DNA of 24,650 nucleotides from a virus: UHGV virus genome UHGV-0200293; one strand, 5' to 3'. Shown piece by piece: positions 23,552 to 24,650 of this stretch (position 1 is its first letter; each line of letters starts with the position of its first letter). The notes under the pieces were generated by a model. It saw only the letters and a program-made list of their open reading frames with translations, ran no database searches and was not told where the DNA came from. The position numbers and the translations under genes were made by a program.

Positions 23552-23580
23552 TTCATAGCGCTGGTTTCAATCCACATAAT
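23552..23580 (+). promoter_or_regulatory. Candidate hybrid sigma70 promoter for phoP at the prophage/chromosome junction (TTCATA-N17-CATAAT)
   Basis: The CATAAT at 23575-23580 lies within CCACATAATC, which matches my recollection of the E. coli phoP P1 -10 region. The upstream sequence differs. No tandem (T/G)GTTTA-N5-(T/G)GTTTA PhoP box is visible. Confidence 0.35.
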
Positions 23581-23620
23581 CAGCGTTAAACTACTAATAC
23601 CGTTAATTTAGGGAGAAAAG

Positions 23621-24295
23621 ATGATGCGCGTACTGGTTGTCGAAGATAATGCCTTATTACGCCACCACCTGAAGGTTCAATTACAGGATTTGGGGCACCA
23701 GGTTGATGACGCAGAAGATGCAAAGGAAGCCGATTATTATCTTAACGAGCATCTGCCGGACATCGCCATCGTCGATTTAGGCCTCCCGGATGAAGACGGG
23801 CTTTCGCTGATCCGCCGCTGGCGCAGCAATGACGTTTCCCTTCCTGTTCTGGTATTAACCGCCCGTGAGGGCTGGCAGGATAAAGTGGAAGTGCTGAGCG
23901 CCGGCGCCGACGACTACGTGACAAAACCGTTTCATATTGAAGAAGTGGTCGCGCGTATGCAGGCGTTAATGCGCCGCAACAGCGGCCTGGCCTCGCAGGT
24001 TATCTCTATTCCGCCTTTTCAGGTGGATCTCTCCCGCCGTGAATTGTCCGTAAATGATGAAGTGATAAAATTGACGGCGTTTGAATACACCATTATGGAA
24101 ACGCTGATCCGCAATAATGGCAAAGTCGTCAGCAAAGATTCGTTGATGCTACAGCTCTACCCGGATGCGGAACTGCGTGAAAGCCATACCATTGATGTAT
24201 TAATGGGGCGCTTACGCAAAAAAATTCAGGCGCGATATCCTGATGATGTGATTACCACCGTCCGTGGTCAGGGATACCTGTTCGAACTGCGCTAA
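23621..24295 (+). CDS. phoP: Response regulator PhoP (OmpR family)
   Basis: It is near-identical, by eye, to Salmonella/E. coli PhoP along its whole length. SD is GGGAGA. An alternative start lies at 23624. Confidence 0.97.
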   Translation: MMRVLVVEDNALLRHHLKVQLQDLGHQVDDAEDAKEADYYLNEHLPDIAIVDLGLPDEDGLSLIRRWRSNDVSLPVLVLTAREGWQDKVEVLSAGADDYVTKPFHIEEVVARMQALMRRNSGLASQVISIPPFQVDLSRRELSVNDEVIKLTAFEYTIMETLIRNNGKVVSKDSLMLQLYPDAELRESHTIDVLMGRLRKKIQARYPDDVITTVRGQGYLFELR

Positions 24296-24650
24296 TGAAT
24301 AAATTACTGCGTCATCTTTTTCCTTTATCGCTGCGCCTGCGCTTTCTGCTGGCGACGGCAGGCGTTGTGCTGGTGCTCTCTCTGGCCTACGGCATGGTCG
24401 CACTGGTTGGCTATAGCGTCAGTTTTGATAAGACAACCTTTCGCCTGTTACGCGGTGAGAGCAACCTTTTCTACACCCTCGCGTCATGGCAAAACAATAA
24501 AATCAATATCGAGATCCCGGAAAATCTCGATATGCAAAGCCCCACGATGACACTGATCTATGATGAGAACGGCAAGTTGTTATGGGCGCAGCGCAACGTT
24601 CCCTGGCTGGAGAAACGTATCCAGCCGGAATGGCTGAAAGCCAACGGTTT
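24295..24650 (+). CDS. phoQ: Sensor kinase PhoQ, N-terminal 118 codons (runs off the window)
   Basis: Translation [62 protein letters not shown]... matches the PhoQ N-terminus. A TAATG overlap links it to phoP. It is absent from the ORF track because there is no stop within the window. Confidence 0.95.
   Translation, partial: MNKLLRHLFPLSLRLRFLLATAGVVLVLSLAYGMVALVGYSVSFDKTTFRLLRGESNLFYTLASWQNNKINIEIPENLDMQSPTMTLIYDENGKLLWAQRNVPWLEKRIQPEWLKANG

Larger units (their letters stand above)
1..23560. mobile_element. Integrated, degraded lambdoid/HK97-like serotype-converting prophage. The left end lies beyond the window; the right end is near 23551-23580.
   Basis: Contiguous phage modules are present: gtrABC, head/packaging, lysis, Q, nin and xis-int. 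Core phoPQ genes follow directly. Genes carry nonsense and frameshift lesions, and the immunity, replication and tail modules are missing. Confidence 0.85.

Noticed and set aside
1-23560. Interpretation as a capsid-forming PICI or GTA-like element (heads and packaging but no tails)
   Set aside because: The element carries a full lysis cassette, Q, nin genes, gtrABC and a tail-tube remnant. It also has nonsense and frameshift lesions and apparent deletion scars. That fits a decaying full-size lambdoid prophage better than a dedicated satellite, and no primase/replicase or AlpA-type module is present.
23584-23606. Direct repeat CGTTAA...CGTTAA (17-nt spacing) in the phoP leader, considered as a possible PhoP box
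   Set aside because: The sequence and spacing do not match (T/G)GTTTA-N5-(T/G)GTTTA. It also lies downstream of the -10, inside the leader.
1-24650. CRISPR arrays, tRNA/rRNA genes, IS elements and long tandem repeats
   Set aside because: Reading both strands showed no repeat-spacer periodicity, no tRNA T-loop/acceptor-like structures in the intergenic regions, and no transposase-like ORFs with terminal inverted repeats.

Overview
The window holds about 23.5 kb of a mosaic, visibly decaying lambdoid/HK97-like prophage (window start to ~23560), followed by the chromosomal phoP-phoQ two-component operon (23621 to window end). PhoP/PhoQ look Salmonella/Citrobacter-like.

Prophage layout, left to right:
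- **O-antigen conversion:** an AT-rich gtrABC glucosylation operon on the + strand, cut by the window edge.
- **Late operon (all - strand):** chimeric tail-tube gene, head-tail genes, major capsid, decoration-like protein, scaffold/protease, Mu-F-like head morphogenesis protein, portal, TerL and TerS.
- **Lysis cassette:** phage-21-type pinholin, SAR endolysin, and Rz with embedded Rz1.
- **Regulation and nin region:** a Q antiterminator, then nin-region genes (NinG, DUF1367-like) and a LexA-box-controlled dinI-like gene.
- **Rearranged accessory region:** lies between the nin region and the integration module.
- **Integration module:** xis-int on the + strand, ending 70 bp before phoP.

No repressor/cro, replication, tape-measure, baseplate or complete fibre genes are present.

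Main observations:
1. Four phage genes, including Q, carry a single in-frame TAG while staying otherwise open. ninG has a frameshifting deletion.
2. The tail-tube gene appears fused to a fibre-like 3' end directly against the gtrC terminator.
3. At least six AT-rich moron cassettes sit inside or antisense to the late operon. They include a GNAT-like + 60-aa pair, a TolA-domain-III-like lipoprotein and several 57-86-aa ORFs, some followed by near-identical terminators.
4. The int end of the prophage abuts the phoP -10 region, apparently replacing the native upstream promoter.

No CRISPR array, tRNA or rRNA gene was seen. All homology statements are by-eye motif recognition, not database searches.
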